Part shown: one piece after another, positions 27,931 to 40,450 of the stretch | How the letters are laid out: every line of letters starts with the position of its first letter | How positions within the stretch are numbered: position 1 is the first letter of the stretch | Origin: Chiloscyllium plagiosum | Taxonomy: Eukaryota | Direction of reading: 5' to 3' | NCBI RefSeq assembly: GCF_004010195.1 | Contig: NC_057718.1 | Location: forward strand, 39,041,143-39,105,142 | DNA length: 64,000 bases | Program-made: the position numbers and the translations under genes | The notes under the pieces: model-generated | What the model saw: only the letters and a program-made list of their open reading frames with translations | What the model was told of the DNA's origin: nothing | Database searches by the model: none

Positions 27931-28127
27931 AGAGTTAAAAAAATCTCACAACACCAGGTTATAATCCAACAGGTTTATTTGGAAGTGTTAGCTTTTGGAG
28001 CACTGCTCCTTTGTCAGGTAGCTCTGAAAGCTAGTGCTTCCAAACAAACCTGTTGGACTATAACTTGGTGTTGTGTGATTTTTAACTTTGTACACCCCAG
28101 TCCAACACTGGCACCTCCTCATCATGA
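27931..28127. mobile_element. Fold-back non-autonomous PLE copy with 11-bp TSD
   Basis: Inverted arms of ~75 bp; ctaataacaga at 27923-27933 and 28128-28138; inserted into an older PLE end (28135-28225). Confidence 0.88.
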
Positions 28128-29578
28128 CTAATAACAGAAAAAGCTGGAAGTACTCAGCTGTTTAGGCAGCATCTGAGGAGAGATAAGTAGTTATTAATTC
28201 AGGCCTGTGATGTTTCATCAGAACTGTGCTCGTACTTTCAAATTCCATAATACTGTACACCTTCAGTTGGTTTGTTGCTTTAGTTTGATTTTGAGGCTAC
28301 AGATGCTTATGACTGCATTACGTTATATTAGAACATTGGAGTGAGCCTGCTGCTCTATTGTTATTGCACAGCAGAAATTAGTTAATGCCTCTAGGCTTAA
28401 ATTAGTCTGATGCCTAGAACTTGCATTCTGATTGCAGTTATTTTGCTGTATACAGATTTAATGATATTCATTAACAATAAAGAGGACTGAAATTTGTCCC
28501 AATAGGAAGCATTCAGTCCTGAGGACAAATTTATCAGCTGCCATTAAAACCTCTTGCACTTTGAGGAGTCATTACAACAACAGCTTGCTTTGTTGGCTAA
28601 TTTTTCTCAATTGAGATCAAATTATGTGCATTTTTAGAAAAATAATTTGGGCCCTTTGTCGTGATAGAGGTACGACTGTTTCATTCTTTCCAATGTTTGT
28701 TGTTTCTGCTCCTTGGTTAGCCTAGTGGGAATCAATGCAGAAAGCTAGGGATACATTCTTTTACATATATATAGTTTCATAGTGTGCTTGAGTATATAGT
28801 AAACTTGAGCTTGAATTGTCACATATCAAAGACAGGCTACAAATATGGGTGTGCTTAAACTGCAATTTTCATTTGGCATCTCTTTTATAAACAAGCAGAC
28901 TTTTTTTTAACGTGAGCAGTTGATTGAACGTTTATTTCAAAAGCATATAATTGGTTGAATTATTTTTCACAGTCCACAATATGTGTTTAGTTATGTCAGA
29001 ATGTAACAGTTAATACCTTTTTCTGATATAAGAATTTTTACAGATCTGTTAAACAACAGAAATCACAGCAATCATTTTTGACAGTAGTGAGGCAGGAAAT
29101 TTATATGCGCAATTTTCTTATCAAAGAATTATCACTTTCCAGCTTATACAACAGTTTTATTTATCATTTGTAGAAAGGGTTATCGATCAGAAGCCTTATT
29201 TCCTAAGGTTTTGCAGGTTTTTTTTCATTTTTATGACGAAAAATGCAGTAAGAAAGTCTTGCATGTAGCTTTGTTTTATTATCATTGATTCAAACAAACA
29301 CTTAACGCTTAAGAGTATTTTAAATAGAGTTTAAATTAATCTTGTGCAATTGCTTTTTAATCAATAATTTGGTTTTTCACTTTGATAGAAATAGAAAGTT
29401 CAGTGCTTATGTGTTAAATTCTAAATATATTGCATATAATGAAGTTTACTTTTTTTTATTACTCTTCATTACCATTCTCTGGGTAATTTCTTCAGCTTTA
29501 TGTACATGGGATCTGTTAAGGCGTTTTTTTTTGGAAGTGCATGAGAAGACAGAAGTGCAAGGCTCACTTGATAAGGAT

Positions 29579-30139
29579 CGAAAAATGTGGCACTGGAAAA
29601 ACACAGCAGGTCAGGCAACATCTAAGGAGTAGGAGAGTAGACATTTTAGGCATAAGCCCTTCAACAGGAATGTAGTGGGGAAAGGGGATTGAGAGATAAA
29701 TAGGAGGGTGGAGTGGGGGGAAGGTAGCTGGGAAGGCAACAGGTAGATGCAGGTGGAGTGTGATAGTGATAGTTCAGAGAGGAGGGTGGAGCAAGTAGGT
29801 GAAAAGGAAGATGGACAGGTAGGACAGGTCAAGAAGGCGGTGCTAAATTGGAGGGTTAAATCTGAGATGAGGTGGGTGGAGGGGAGATTGGGAAACTAGT
29901 GATATCGCTATCAACCCCCAGCTCCATCTACCTATTGCCTTCCCAGCTACCTACACCCATCCCCACCCACACCCTCCTACGTATCTCTCAGCTCCCCCCT
30001 CCACCTCCTTTCTGATGAAGGGCTTATGCCCAAAACTTCGACTGTCCTGCTTCTCAGATGATGCCTGACCTGCTGTGCCTTTCCAGCGCCAAACGTTTTG
30101 ACTCTGATTCTCCAGCATCTTCAGTCCTCACTTTCTCTC
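29579..30139. mobile_element. Fold-back PLE copy (second family) with hammerhead remnant
   Basis: Arms tggaaaaacacagcaggtcaggcaacatct..ggcataagcccttc / gaagggcttatgcc..agatgatgcctgacctgctgtgcctttcca; ctgatgaagggcttatgcccaaaac at 30012-30036. Confidence 0.88.
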
Positions 30140-30309
30140 AATCAATAAGGGTTTTAGGTGGTCTCACTATATTGACATCAAGTTACAATCAGACATCTTA
30201 ATACTACCATTAGGATGGTTTGTGGATGATATTTCCATCTGGACAGCATTCAGGTTTGGGCTGATCTACAGCAAATAATGCTCTCAGAATACAAGTACAA
30301 AGCAATGAC

Positions 30310-30910
30310 AAGAGGAACTCCCATTATCTGCCCTTGATATTCAATCACATTAACATTGCTGAACCACTTACCACCAACATTCTTCGGCCACTGTCGATAA
30401 GGAACTTAAATGAACTGGTCACACAAACTTTGTAGCCACAAGAAATTCACAGTGGCATATTCCCTGCGAAGAATAACCTGACATCCCACGCCTTTTCCAC
30501 CCATGTATAAAACACAATCAACATTATGTTATAATTGACACCGAGGATAATTCAATATACTTAATTGGCACCTCATCGACCTCAAATAATCAACCCTTGA
30601 CTCACTGAGCACGCAGTACAACTATCTAAGGATATGTGACAGAAATGTCTGAACCCAGTCTTCACAACCTGAAAGGGCAGGGGCTAGCAGATACATGAAA
30701 ATATCACCACCTGCAAATGCCTTTCTGATTTACACCTACCCTGACTTGAAAATATATCCTTGCATCTTCACTGTCACTGGGTCAAAGACCAGGACTCCCT
30801 TTCTAGCAGATTGCAGCGGTTTCAGAAAATGGCTTATCATTTTTTTATCAAGGGTAGGTAGAGATGGGCAATAGATGTTGTCCCTGCTAGTGAAGTCTAC
30901 ATCATATAAG
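30310..30910 (+). mobile_element. Old CR1/L2-group LINE 3' part
   Basis: Colinear with 680-1320 (cccttgatattcaat..cttcactgtcactgggtcaaa..gatgggcaatagatgttg). Confidence 0.65.
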
Positions 30911-31069
30911 CAAGCAGATATTTAAAACAAAATCACACTTGGCTCCTTTAGAATCAACTAGTGTTGTCACGAAATTTTGAAAAACAGAGAAGTGGCCTGA
31001 TATACATCATTTTAGTTGTACTTTGTGACAAAAGCTGGAGAAAGAACTTAAGTTTTTGTGGGTTTTTAG

Positions 31070-31195
31070 GCTGCACAACAAGTGTCTTCTCCCAAGTTGT
31101 GCCTTCATCCAGTATCCAATATGCTAACGCTGCAGTTTCTAGCAAAGTCAGTGATGCACTTCACTGTTAATGCCTTCTGTTTGCTATTACTGGAG
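31070..31195 (+). other. Candidate 126-nt phase-0 exon
   Basis: tttttag acceptor, GAG|gtaaat donor, single open frame AAQQVSSPKLCLHPVSNMLTLQFLAKSVMHFTVNAFCLLLLE; no recognised homology. Confidence 0.25.
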
Positions 31196-32949
31196 GTAAA
31201 TGATATTGTTAATTTTCAGGATTACCAAGACTATATGCATTTATTAGAAGCAAAATGTTTGATAACTTGGGGAAACAAGAAAGTTTGAGGAAATTTACCA
31301 CAAAAATATTTTCATTTTCGCAACACTCTGGCAGACCAAGTTACAATTTAACTTCTCTCTTTTGATATGAATTTCTGCTATTTATTGTTATAATAGAGAA
31401 AGAAATATCAATGATACCTGAAACATTTCATGTAAAATTAAAAAGAATCTTGGTTTATATTGAACTATGAAATATTGTAAATAACAAAAAAAATTCAGTA
31501 CCTATGGAATTTATGTTTCATGATTATAGTTACAGTTGCTGTGCAATATGTTTGTGATTTTCTTGTTGTCATTTGGATTTCTGGACCTTGAAGGGCCAGT
31601 ATCAATTTTGAAAAGTCTTGACAGCCTCTTTAAAAAAAATTCCCTGGATACTACTCTATGTACATGGATGTCTGGAGATCTGATGCACCGTGCTAATACT
31701 TCAAGCATATGTTTGAAACCAAAAAGTATGGACATCTGTGCTCTTCTTCCCTTCAATTAATAATCGGACCAGTATCTGTTCAGAATTAAATGTACTTTTT
31801 TTCATTCTTGCATGATTTAGTTAGTTAACTAATTATATTTATATACATTTATAAGAAGAAAATGCATAAGGTGTGACTATTTTCCTTCAAGTTATTCCCT
31901 ACTTACATTTTTATAATATTGTAAAATCTTGTAGGCCTTGAACATATCCACTTAACAGGAAGTATTTCCTATTTTGAGAAATCCTGACTCGCAGTTGATG
32001 CTGACTCACATTTGATGTCAGGTTAATAGGATTTTAACAGCTTTACTATCTGTTTTCTGCCAGATAGGTGGGGTTGACATACCCACTGTTACTATGGAAA
32101 GCTTTTCATAAGCAGTGGATATCAATTCCATTAGAAAATTGGCGTAATTTACATCAAACCTCTCTCAGCATCAATTTATCCCCAAGCCTATCTTATCCTC
32201 ATCATAATTCATGTTGCTATAATCTAGATTTCTAACTTTGCCTCAGTGTTGTGATATGAAAGGGACATCATGCAGTCAGATGACACGGTGCCCTTGAAGA
32301 GAGGTGAACTGGATTGTGGGAAGCCAGTATCAGGCAGGCAGGCCAAATCGGGCAATGTCATTGTTGTGGGTGTTGCACCTGGGAAGCCATGGAGCGGTCA
32401 TCAAAAAGAGCCCCCAGTGCAGAACCAGCTAGGAGGCTATCACATGGCATTGGGATTTTCTGCCACATGCAAAATGCCTGAAAGGTTGGGAAGTGGTCAC
32501 TTGGTAGTCACTTAAATGTTGCATTAGCTGCTTAGTGAGTGGTGTGCTGCTAAGATTCTGGCCAATGGCATTATACTGTGACATTGTTTTCTTTGATTAT
32601 ATTACTATCACTGCAGCTACCAAAGGACTAATCTCCGAGGGACTGTGGAAATTTATCCCCTTCAGCAATCCTCTGCTTTTTGTGGTGACACACAAGGAAA
32701 CGTTCCTAGTGCTGCCGACCATTCAGAGAAGTGCCACAAGGCTGGAACTCAAATTTTGCAAAAATAAGACAAAGGATCATTTTTTAAAATATATATATAT
32801 ATAATATATATCCCTTTTTAATGTTACACTTTCTAATCAACCTATTCAGAATTTCTATCACACACCTCTGAAGCAGGTGGGACTTGAACCCAGGCCTTCT
32901 GGTCCAGAGAGAGGGATGCTACACCTATTGCAGGCCTAGTGTCAAACAG

Positions 32950-33236
32950 TTAGATTAGATTCCCTACAGTGTGGAAACAGGGCCTTCGGCCCAACCAGTT
33001 CATACTGACCCTCCGAAAAGTAACTCACCCAGACCCATTTCCCTTTGACTAATTGACCTAACACTATGGGGCAATTTAGCATGGTCAATTCACCTGACCT
33101 GCTCATCTTTGAACTGTGACAGGAAACCCACGTAGACAGGGGAGAATGTGCAAACTCCACACAGACAGTCACCCAAGGCTGGAATCGAACCTGGGACCCT
33201 GGTGCTGTGAGGCAGCAGTGCTAACCACTGAGCCGC
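32950..33236 (-). mobile_element. HE1-like V-SINE
   Basis: ttaga tail repeats, partly deleted V-domain, head ggtgctgtgaggcagcagtgctaaccactgagcc. Confidence 0.92.
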
Positions 33237-33326
33237 TATAATTCTTCACGTGATAAAAGAATAATACAGCATAAGAATAATGTGCAGCAGTGAAGAAAGA
33301 AACCTAAATCCTATCAGAAAAATGCA

Positions 33327-33645
33327 GATTAGATTAGATTAGATTACTTACAGTGTGGAAACAGGCCCTTCGGCCCAACAAGTCCACACCGCCCCGCCAA
33401 AGCGCAACCCACCCATACCCCTACATCTACCCCTTACCTAACACTACTAGCAATTTAGCATGGCCAATTCACCTGACCTGCACATCTTTGGACTGTGGGA
33501 GGAAACCGGAGCACCCAGAGGAAACCCACGCAGACACGGGGAGAATGTGCAAACTCCACACAGTCAGTTGCCTGAGGCGGGAATTGAACCCGGGTCTCTG
33601 GCGCTGTGAGGCAGCAGTGCTAACCACTGTGCCACCGTGCCGCCC
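33327..33645 (-). mobile_element. Young HE1-like V-SINE, full length
   Basis: (agatt)4 tail; CpG-rich; close reverse complement of 55864-56177. Confidence 0.95.
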
Positions 33646-34529
33646 ACAGATGCTGAAAGGAAATGGAGATTGGTGTTTTGAACTTAATTTTTTTTTTGTT
33701 CATTGATGGGATGTGGCTTGAGCAACATTTATTGTCCATCCCTAACTGAGTTTGAGAAGGTTGATAGTGAACTGCCTTCTTGAATATACCTAGACAGATT
33801 TCCATTGTTATGAGTAAATTAAGTTACCTTTAATTCGACCACTTATTAATAAATCTCTCAATCAAATACTGTAACAATTATTTAAACATTTTTGCATGTA
33901 GCAACCAAAATAAGGCCCCTCAAACCAGCAAGCTAAGCTTCACAACCCAAATTTAGCTATTACCCGATTAATGGTGGAACTTGGCCAGAATTTCACAACA
34001 GTGTCTGCCTCTGAAAGTGTCCAGGGTTCAATTCTGGGTCGTGTTCTTTGAAGTTCTGTAAAAAGGAGAGTTCTGGTATTCAATTGTTATACAGATTTTT
34101 GTCCTCCGAGTTTATTTGTGATATTTTGATGACTTTTTAAAAGTCGTTTCATCCAAATCACCGGAAGTCTGCAGCTTGCCTTTTTATCAGAACTAGCTTC
34201 TTTGTTCCTTGTCGTATTTGCCCTTAATTGTCTGTTTGACGATGCAGCTTTTCTGTGATTAACTCCATCAATTCTTCTACAGGACAATCCTTGTCCTTTG
34301 TTGCAATTAAGCATCAGTTTATCAAACAGTGTTAAAGCAGTTCTGTTCTCAACTCCCTCCTTTCCAAAACTTGGCTAATTGCATTGAGTCTCTACGTAAC
34401 AGCCTGTCTTTGTTCCTTAACAGCTTATTCCAGACAGAGTCATTGCTGCTGCTTTCCACATGTAACAGTTTATCCTTGTTGATTCTATCAATCTATGAAC
34501 AATTATTAAAGTTCTGAAGTTTATGCTAT

Positions 34530-35250
34530 TACACCATGTTGCTGCGTAGATGCCACTGTTATAGCTGCACTGATTGTCTATAGTGCAAGTGGTTTTGGAG
34601 CACAAGTTTTCATTATGATTGCTGGATCTATAGCTTTTGCAGAATCCAGTGCTTTCAGCCATTTCTTGATATCATGGGGACCTCCAAGAAGAGGCCGAGA
34701 TGGATCATCCTTTCAACACTTCTGGGGAGAGATGCATTTTATTTTTAACCACTCATGGGAGATAAGCAATGCTGGCTAGGCAATAATTTATTGCCTGTCC
34801 CTAGTGCCCTTAAAAAGGTGGCAGTATCATCTTAAACTGCTGCAGTCAATTTATTGTAGGTAGACGCACAATGCCTTTAAGGAGGAACGTCTAGGATTTG
34901 ATCCAACGGTTGCTTATGTTTCAAATTTATCTGTTGCACGCTGCTGGGTTCCACCATTTGTAAGGATAGAGATATTTGTGAATTCTGCTCTGCTTGGTTG
35001 TTTAATTGTCCACCGTCATTCATGACTGGATGTGATAGGACTGCAGGGCTTAGATCTGATCCATTGGAATCACTTAACTCTATCGCAAGTTGCTTCTTCC
35101 GTTTGGCATACAAGCTATCCTGTATTGTAGCTTCACCAGGTTCCCACCTCATTTTTAGGTGTACCTGGTGCTGCTCTTGGTATGCCCTCCTGCACGCTTT
35201 GCTAAACCTGGGTTAATTTCCTGACTTGGTGGTAATGATGCAGTGGGGTT
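34530..35250 (-). mobile_element. CR1/L2-group LINE fragments
   Basis: KKWLKALDSAKA..KTCAP..QCSYNSGIY RT-upstream motif at 34545-34670; tail piece at 34740-34900; ORF2 piece (MRWEPGEATIQD) at 34930-35250. Confidence 0.65.
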
Positions 35251-36539
35251 TTGCTAAGAGATGAAGTTATGGCTGTTGTTATGTCGTTCAGCCCATTGAG
35301 CCCCATAACCCTCAGACCATCCCGCCCAGCCTCAACCCCATACCCTGAATTTCCTATGGCTAATCCACCTAACCTGCTCCTATTTGCCTGGCACCCTAAC
35401 CTCCTACCATTCTGGCATCCTATCCTCCCAGCATTTTAACTTTGTCCTTACCATATGTACTTACCATTTGACAGAAGCTGGCAAAGTAGCTGGCTGTGAC
35501 TCTGGACCGCCTTCCCCTGAATGTTCTGTGCTACAAGAGAACTGTCAATGGAAGTTCTGCTCTACATTGCTGAAAGAGTGCCAATTGAAATTTCCTGTCC
35601 GAAATGTGGAGCTATCTCCTTTCATTAAAAAGAAGGGACAGAGTAGCAACCTGCGAGAGATTGCAGCTCCTTGGAAAATCAGGCTGTAATTTCATGTAAA
35701 TACAGTTACTGTTATTACATAGATTATTTATCATCAATCAGTACTTCTGATGTTTAATAGCCTAATAGAAAACAGAGCTGCAAAATTGCACGAGTGGAAT
35801 ATAGGCATATTTTTGAACATAATTTTCATTCCCAGCTCCCAATCCTGCTGTCAGGATCAAATCTGGAAAATCCTGCAATGGGACCGTAGGGAACATATGG
35901 AGGAAGTACTCAATAAGGGTGATCTGCAGGATCCCTGGAGGCTCTGGGAACCCAGCAGCCCCATTGTAAGAGTTGAACACTGATATTGTAGGTGAAAGGA
36001 GAGGGCACCATAAGATGGGGGAGCTCTCAAAAATTCTGAATGTTTGAAATAAAATGTGGCCCTGAGCAGCTGGGCCACCTTTATAAAAGGAGTGCCTCTG
36101 CAGAATGGCCTATGGCTGCAGCTATGCTCCTATGATACCCATATTCCACAGAAATGTGGAATTAAAGAAAGCAACACCAGCTCCATCCATCTGTCTGGCC
36201 TCAGCCTCAGTGTCTCTGGATAGTTTGTGATGAGTTATCTTACATGGCCCATAATGGCTTCCTGCCTCTGGAAAACATCTCATGAGTAGCCTCAGTGGAA
36301 ATAGGCTGGTGGTGAGAACATTGGTTACACAACGATACAGGCATCACTGCCTCCCAGCCTAGTGCCTTTGCAAAATTAAAATCAAACACATTGAGTTGTA
36401 ATAATCCTTGGGAAAATGTGAAGTGGCAGTATTGATGAAGAGGAGTTTGCATGCTGAAGAGATGACTGATATGCACAAAAAGAAGTTCTGGCAGAGGCAC
36501 TTGACAAAAGTTAGAGCGAGCTTTGTTACATTAATAGTT

Positions 36540-36720
36540 TTGCATGAAAGACCGCCTATTTGTAGGAGGGAAACTGAGCAGGAAGACTATACACGGAGGA
36601 GGCAAATGAGTAGGAATAGCAAAATCATTGTTCTTGGAAATTTTAATTACACATTCATTGATTGGGTGGAGGAGTCAAAGAAGAAAAGGAATGGAATTGC
36701 AAAATTATGTGAGAGATTGT
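36540..36720 (+). mobile_element. CR1 endonuclease fragment
   Basis: RPP..IIVLGNFNYTFIDW resembles CR1 YRPP..GDFNYP.IDW. Confidence 0.6.
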
Positions 36721-39700
36721 TTCATCATTGAACAATTTTTCATGTTTGTATGAGCAGTTTATTTGCCTATCAGAGCCTTGGGATATTTCATTATATCAAA
36801 GGTAAAAAATAACTACCTGTATGCATCTTTGCTCTTGTTGCAGTCTTCGAAGCTGAGAGGTTAGTGATTGAATAGAGACCATGTCATTGTTTAAGCATAG
36901 GTTTGATAGGCATTCTAGAGAAAATTGAGTTCAAAGATATGAATCATCAGAGTTGACAGATAACAGTACATTTCATACATAGAATGAACACAACTTGTTG
37001 CTTGATTATCTTTTTCATGTTGTCTTTTTAATGCAAATCGTACTTTTCCCCTGGTCATTTTTCAGTTTCAGAGGTTTGTGTGATTAAGGGAAGTTGGAAG
37101 GAAGAATGGTGATTTATCTGTTGATGAGGCTGCACCATCTCTGCAATGGGAGGCTTGATGAACCAAATTATGTTTGCAAATTAATATTTTTATAGGTAAT
37201 ACATTGATGGAACTGCCATGAAGGGGTCACCACTGAATGGTGTTATGTTCCTGTAATTTCATGCTGGCCACAGAAAGTTAGTCTTTATCTGTTTCAGTTG
37301 AAGTACCCTTTTAAAAGTGTGGGTTATTAACAAATTCTGAAAGTGAACAATTGCAACTATGAAGTATCTTTTTTTAACATTTAATTGTTGAAGATTTAAA
37401 CAATTAAAATTAATTTATTTTAACTTTGTCTTTGTACTTTCTTAATTCAATCTTTTTCCTCTTGTTTTTCTTGCTGTAACTGATTTGACGTTGTCTTTAT
37501 CCATAGTTATTTGTACTTCAGTCTCAATCCAAACACACTGAATTTCACAATATTTCAACATGATTAGTTGAGATAATACACAGTAACATGCCCTACTGGT
37601 CATTACCAGGGTGCCATTTCAGCAATTTGCCATGCAAAAACTTCTTTTAAAAAGTAAACATGCAAGGAATTATATCTAATACAGATACTGTCATATATAA
37701 TCCCACAACAAATCATGGCCCAGTGTTAATTTAAAGAGAGTGAAACATGAACAATTCAGTATATATTTTTCATAACTGTGCCAGCTTGCTCATGCTGCCA
37801 AAAAGATTGGAGCTAAGCATAAAAAAAACTAACTACCCTTCCCTCTCTCCCTCCTTTTTTTATTTTAGCAGTGAGATGAATTGAATGAATCCTGGTTGAT
37901 TGTTCCTTCACTAACCCAAGGTGAAGACTTATTGTGACATTATTACTGATATCCTGGTGGTAATCAGTTAACGTCAAAGGAAGGAAAGATTAAATGTGAG
38001 ACACACCTTGATGTATGGCTCAGCTAATCCTGCTGCAACCAACTCAGTCATTAGAGGAAAAGTTCTGCAAATGAAGCATAGTGGCAAGAGTGTGCATAAT
38101 AAAATATGCATGTGTCCTATTTTCATCTGAAGTGGCTTCAGTTTTAGATGTGAAGGTCCATTGGTTGATTGTGGTTTAAAAAAGTCTGTGTTGTCCGACA
38201 GGTAGTCCATGCATTCTAAAATTGTAAACGCACTTCACTGCTTTACTTTAAATGATTTACCCTTCACTCCCTATGTTATAATGAATAATCACTGAAAGAT
38301 TGTCAATTGTGTTGCTTGTAGTAAACATTCTTTCTTTGCTAGGAATTGATTTAACTTTTAACGACCCTGTGATTAGTTAGAAATTCCCTGTCAAATAGCA
38401 TTTTTACTCATGGCTACAGTTTTTGCATGCTGCAAAAGTACTTGTTCATTACATCACGTTTGCATTGCAAGTGTCATGTAGAATAAGAGAATTCAAGCCA
38501 GTGGCTGCAATAATACTCTGATAGCTTTCCTATGTTACTTTGCATTATCCACCCAACTATATCCCTCAGTCTCTGGTTCACTTCACATGCTTCCTTCGAT
38601 TCAAAGGGTCAGTCATTCCTTTTAAGGCTGCAACTGTCGGCAGTGTTTCTAAAAGAACCGCATCAATTTTTCATCCCTTGTTAGGGGAATTTTCTACTGT
38701 CTCAAAATGTTCTATGCAGTAACCCAGTTGAAAGTTAATTGCAGTTCAAGCATTTCAAGCCAACAAACTGCAGTATGTGCTGGTCCTGGTACTGACACTC
38801 GCCATGTCTAAGTTCTCATGGGACCATGCCTGCCAGTGCACTAATGGATGTCTACTGCAGTTTCCTAATTTAGAGCAACATCAATATCAATAATTTCAGC
38901 TCCATTAGTCAAAATATTTAATTCGGATAAATTTCTGTTGTTTTGCAAATAGTATCAGAATTCAAAGGGATTAAGGACTTTTTTGGGGTTTTACATATTC
39001 CTACAAAAGGTTTGTGTTTAAACTCTTTTGCAACTCTTCAAAGGCTGATTTTTTAAAATGTTCTGACAGATTTCCGTTCCACTGTCATCTTGCGTAGCAT
39101 TGAAATGTTGTTACTATGGAAACAACTGCAGCTTTTTGAAGTTACTATCGTAATTCCACTTACTTTCCTCCTTCCATGAGACCATGTTCTGAGGTATCAT
39201 GTGTAGTAGCCTGGCAGGTTTAGAAGGATCTAAATCATACCTATAAGTGCACAATGCTAAAATCCAGATCTCAGTCTGATTGTTGTGAGGAGGTAGCATT
39301 CAATTCTGTATTGAAAATTAGAGGCTCAATCGAACCAGGTCATTTTCTTGTGTGAACATGGTTGAGTGGTCTGTTTCAATCTTGTAATTTCTAGGTATTG
39401 CCTTCTATTGGATATTTTAAAACAGAGCTAGTAAAATTTCCATGCAAGTCTTTGGTCTGCAGGCTTTCTGGGAAAGAGTATAATGCAGAGAGATTTATTA
39501 AGTGGAAAGCAGGAAAATGAAGTCTGTTAATAAATGCATTTTTAAAATCAGCTCGTAATTCAATCTTTCATGCAGGAAGAACAAAGAAATTATAATACCG
39601 AAATAGTCCAGTTTGTCCAACCAGTACACATTGGTATTTATTCTGTAAGCAAGTAATTAATTCTGTCTAATTCACCAACCATGTTCCCATATTTCTTTAT

Positions 39701-39830
39701 TACCTTTTCATTCATCTATATGTCCAGTTAAATATTGAATATTTAGTTTCTGCCTTAGTTACTGATGCTCACAATGTATTCCACAGCGTTGTAAAAATAT
39801 GTAGAAATTTTTACAACCTAAATTTTTCAG

Positions 39831-40450
39831 AGTTAAAAATCACACAACGCCAGGTTATAGTCCAACAGGTTTAATTGGAAGCACACTAGCTTTCGGAGTG
39901 CCGCTCCTTTGTCGGGTGATTGTAGAGGGCACAAATCTAAGGCACAGAATTTATAGCAAAAGTTTACAGTGTGATGTAACTGAAATTATACATCGAAAAA
40001 TACCTTGATTGTCTGTTGAGTCTTTCATCTGTTTGAATGTCATAATAGTTTCACTTTTTTCATGTGTAAATGGAACTATCATGGTATTCGAACAGATGAA
40101 AGACTCAACAGACAATCAAGATATTTTTCAATGTATAATTTAGGTTACATCACACTGTAAATTTTTGCTATAAATTCGGTGCCTTAGATTTGTGCCCTCC
40201 ACAATCACCTGACGATGAAAGACTCAACAGACAATCAAGATATTTTTCAATGTATAATTTCAGTTACATCACACTGTAAATTTTTGCTATAAATTCTGTG
40301 CCTTAGATTTGTGCCCTCCACAATTACCTGACGAAGGAGCATCGCTCCGAAAGCTAGTGTGCTTCCAATTAAACCTGTTGGTCTATAACCTGGTGTTGTG
40401 TGATTTTTAACTTTGTACACCCCAGTCCAACACCAGCAGCTCCAAATCAC
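39831..40450. mobile_element. Long fold-back PLE copy with internal 119-bp tandem duplication and TSD
   Basis: Left arm 39831-40053, loop 40054-40070, right arm 40071-40412 containing the repeat 40095-40213 / 40214-40332; atttttcaga at 39822-39831 and 40453-40462. Confidence 0.93.
40328..40366 (+). ncRNA. Minimal hammerhead ribozyme-like motif (PLE type)
   Basis: CUGACGA-A-[GGAGC auc GCUCC]-GAAA-GCUAGUGUGCUUC; both core boxes and stem II intact; stem I not clearly assignable. Confidence 0.65.

Noticed and set aside
33353..33706. 117-aa ORF (and similar ORFs at 55241, 56326, 50115)
   Set aside because: Translations of V-SINE sequence, not genes
35465..35530. 66-nt minus-strand exon with ATG|gtaagt donor
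   Set aside because: Good splice signals, but all frames are open, no peptide is recognisable and there is no nearby partner exon
40095..40332. Direct repeat as a CRISPR-like array
   Set aside because: Two adjacent 119-bp copies with no spacers, within a eukaryotic retroelement
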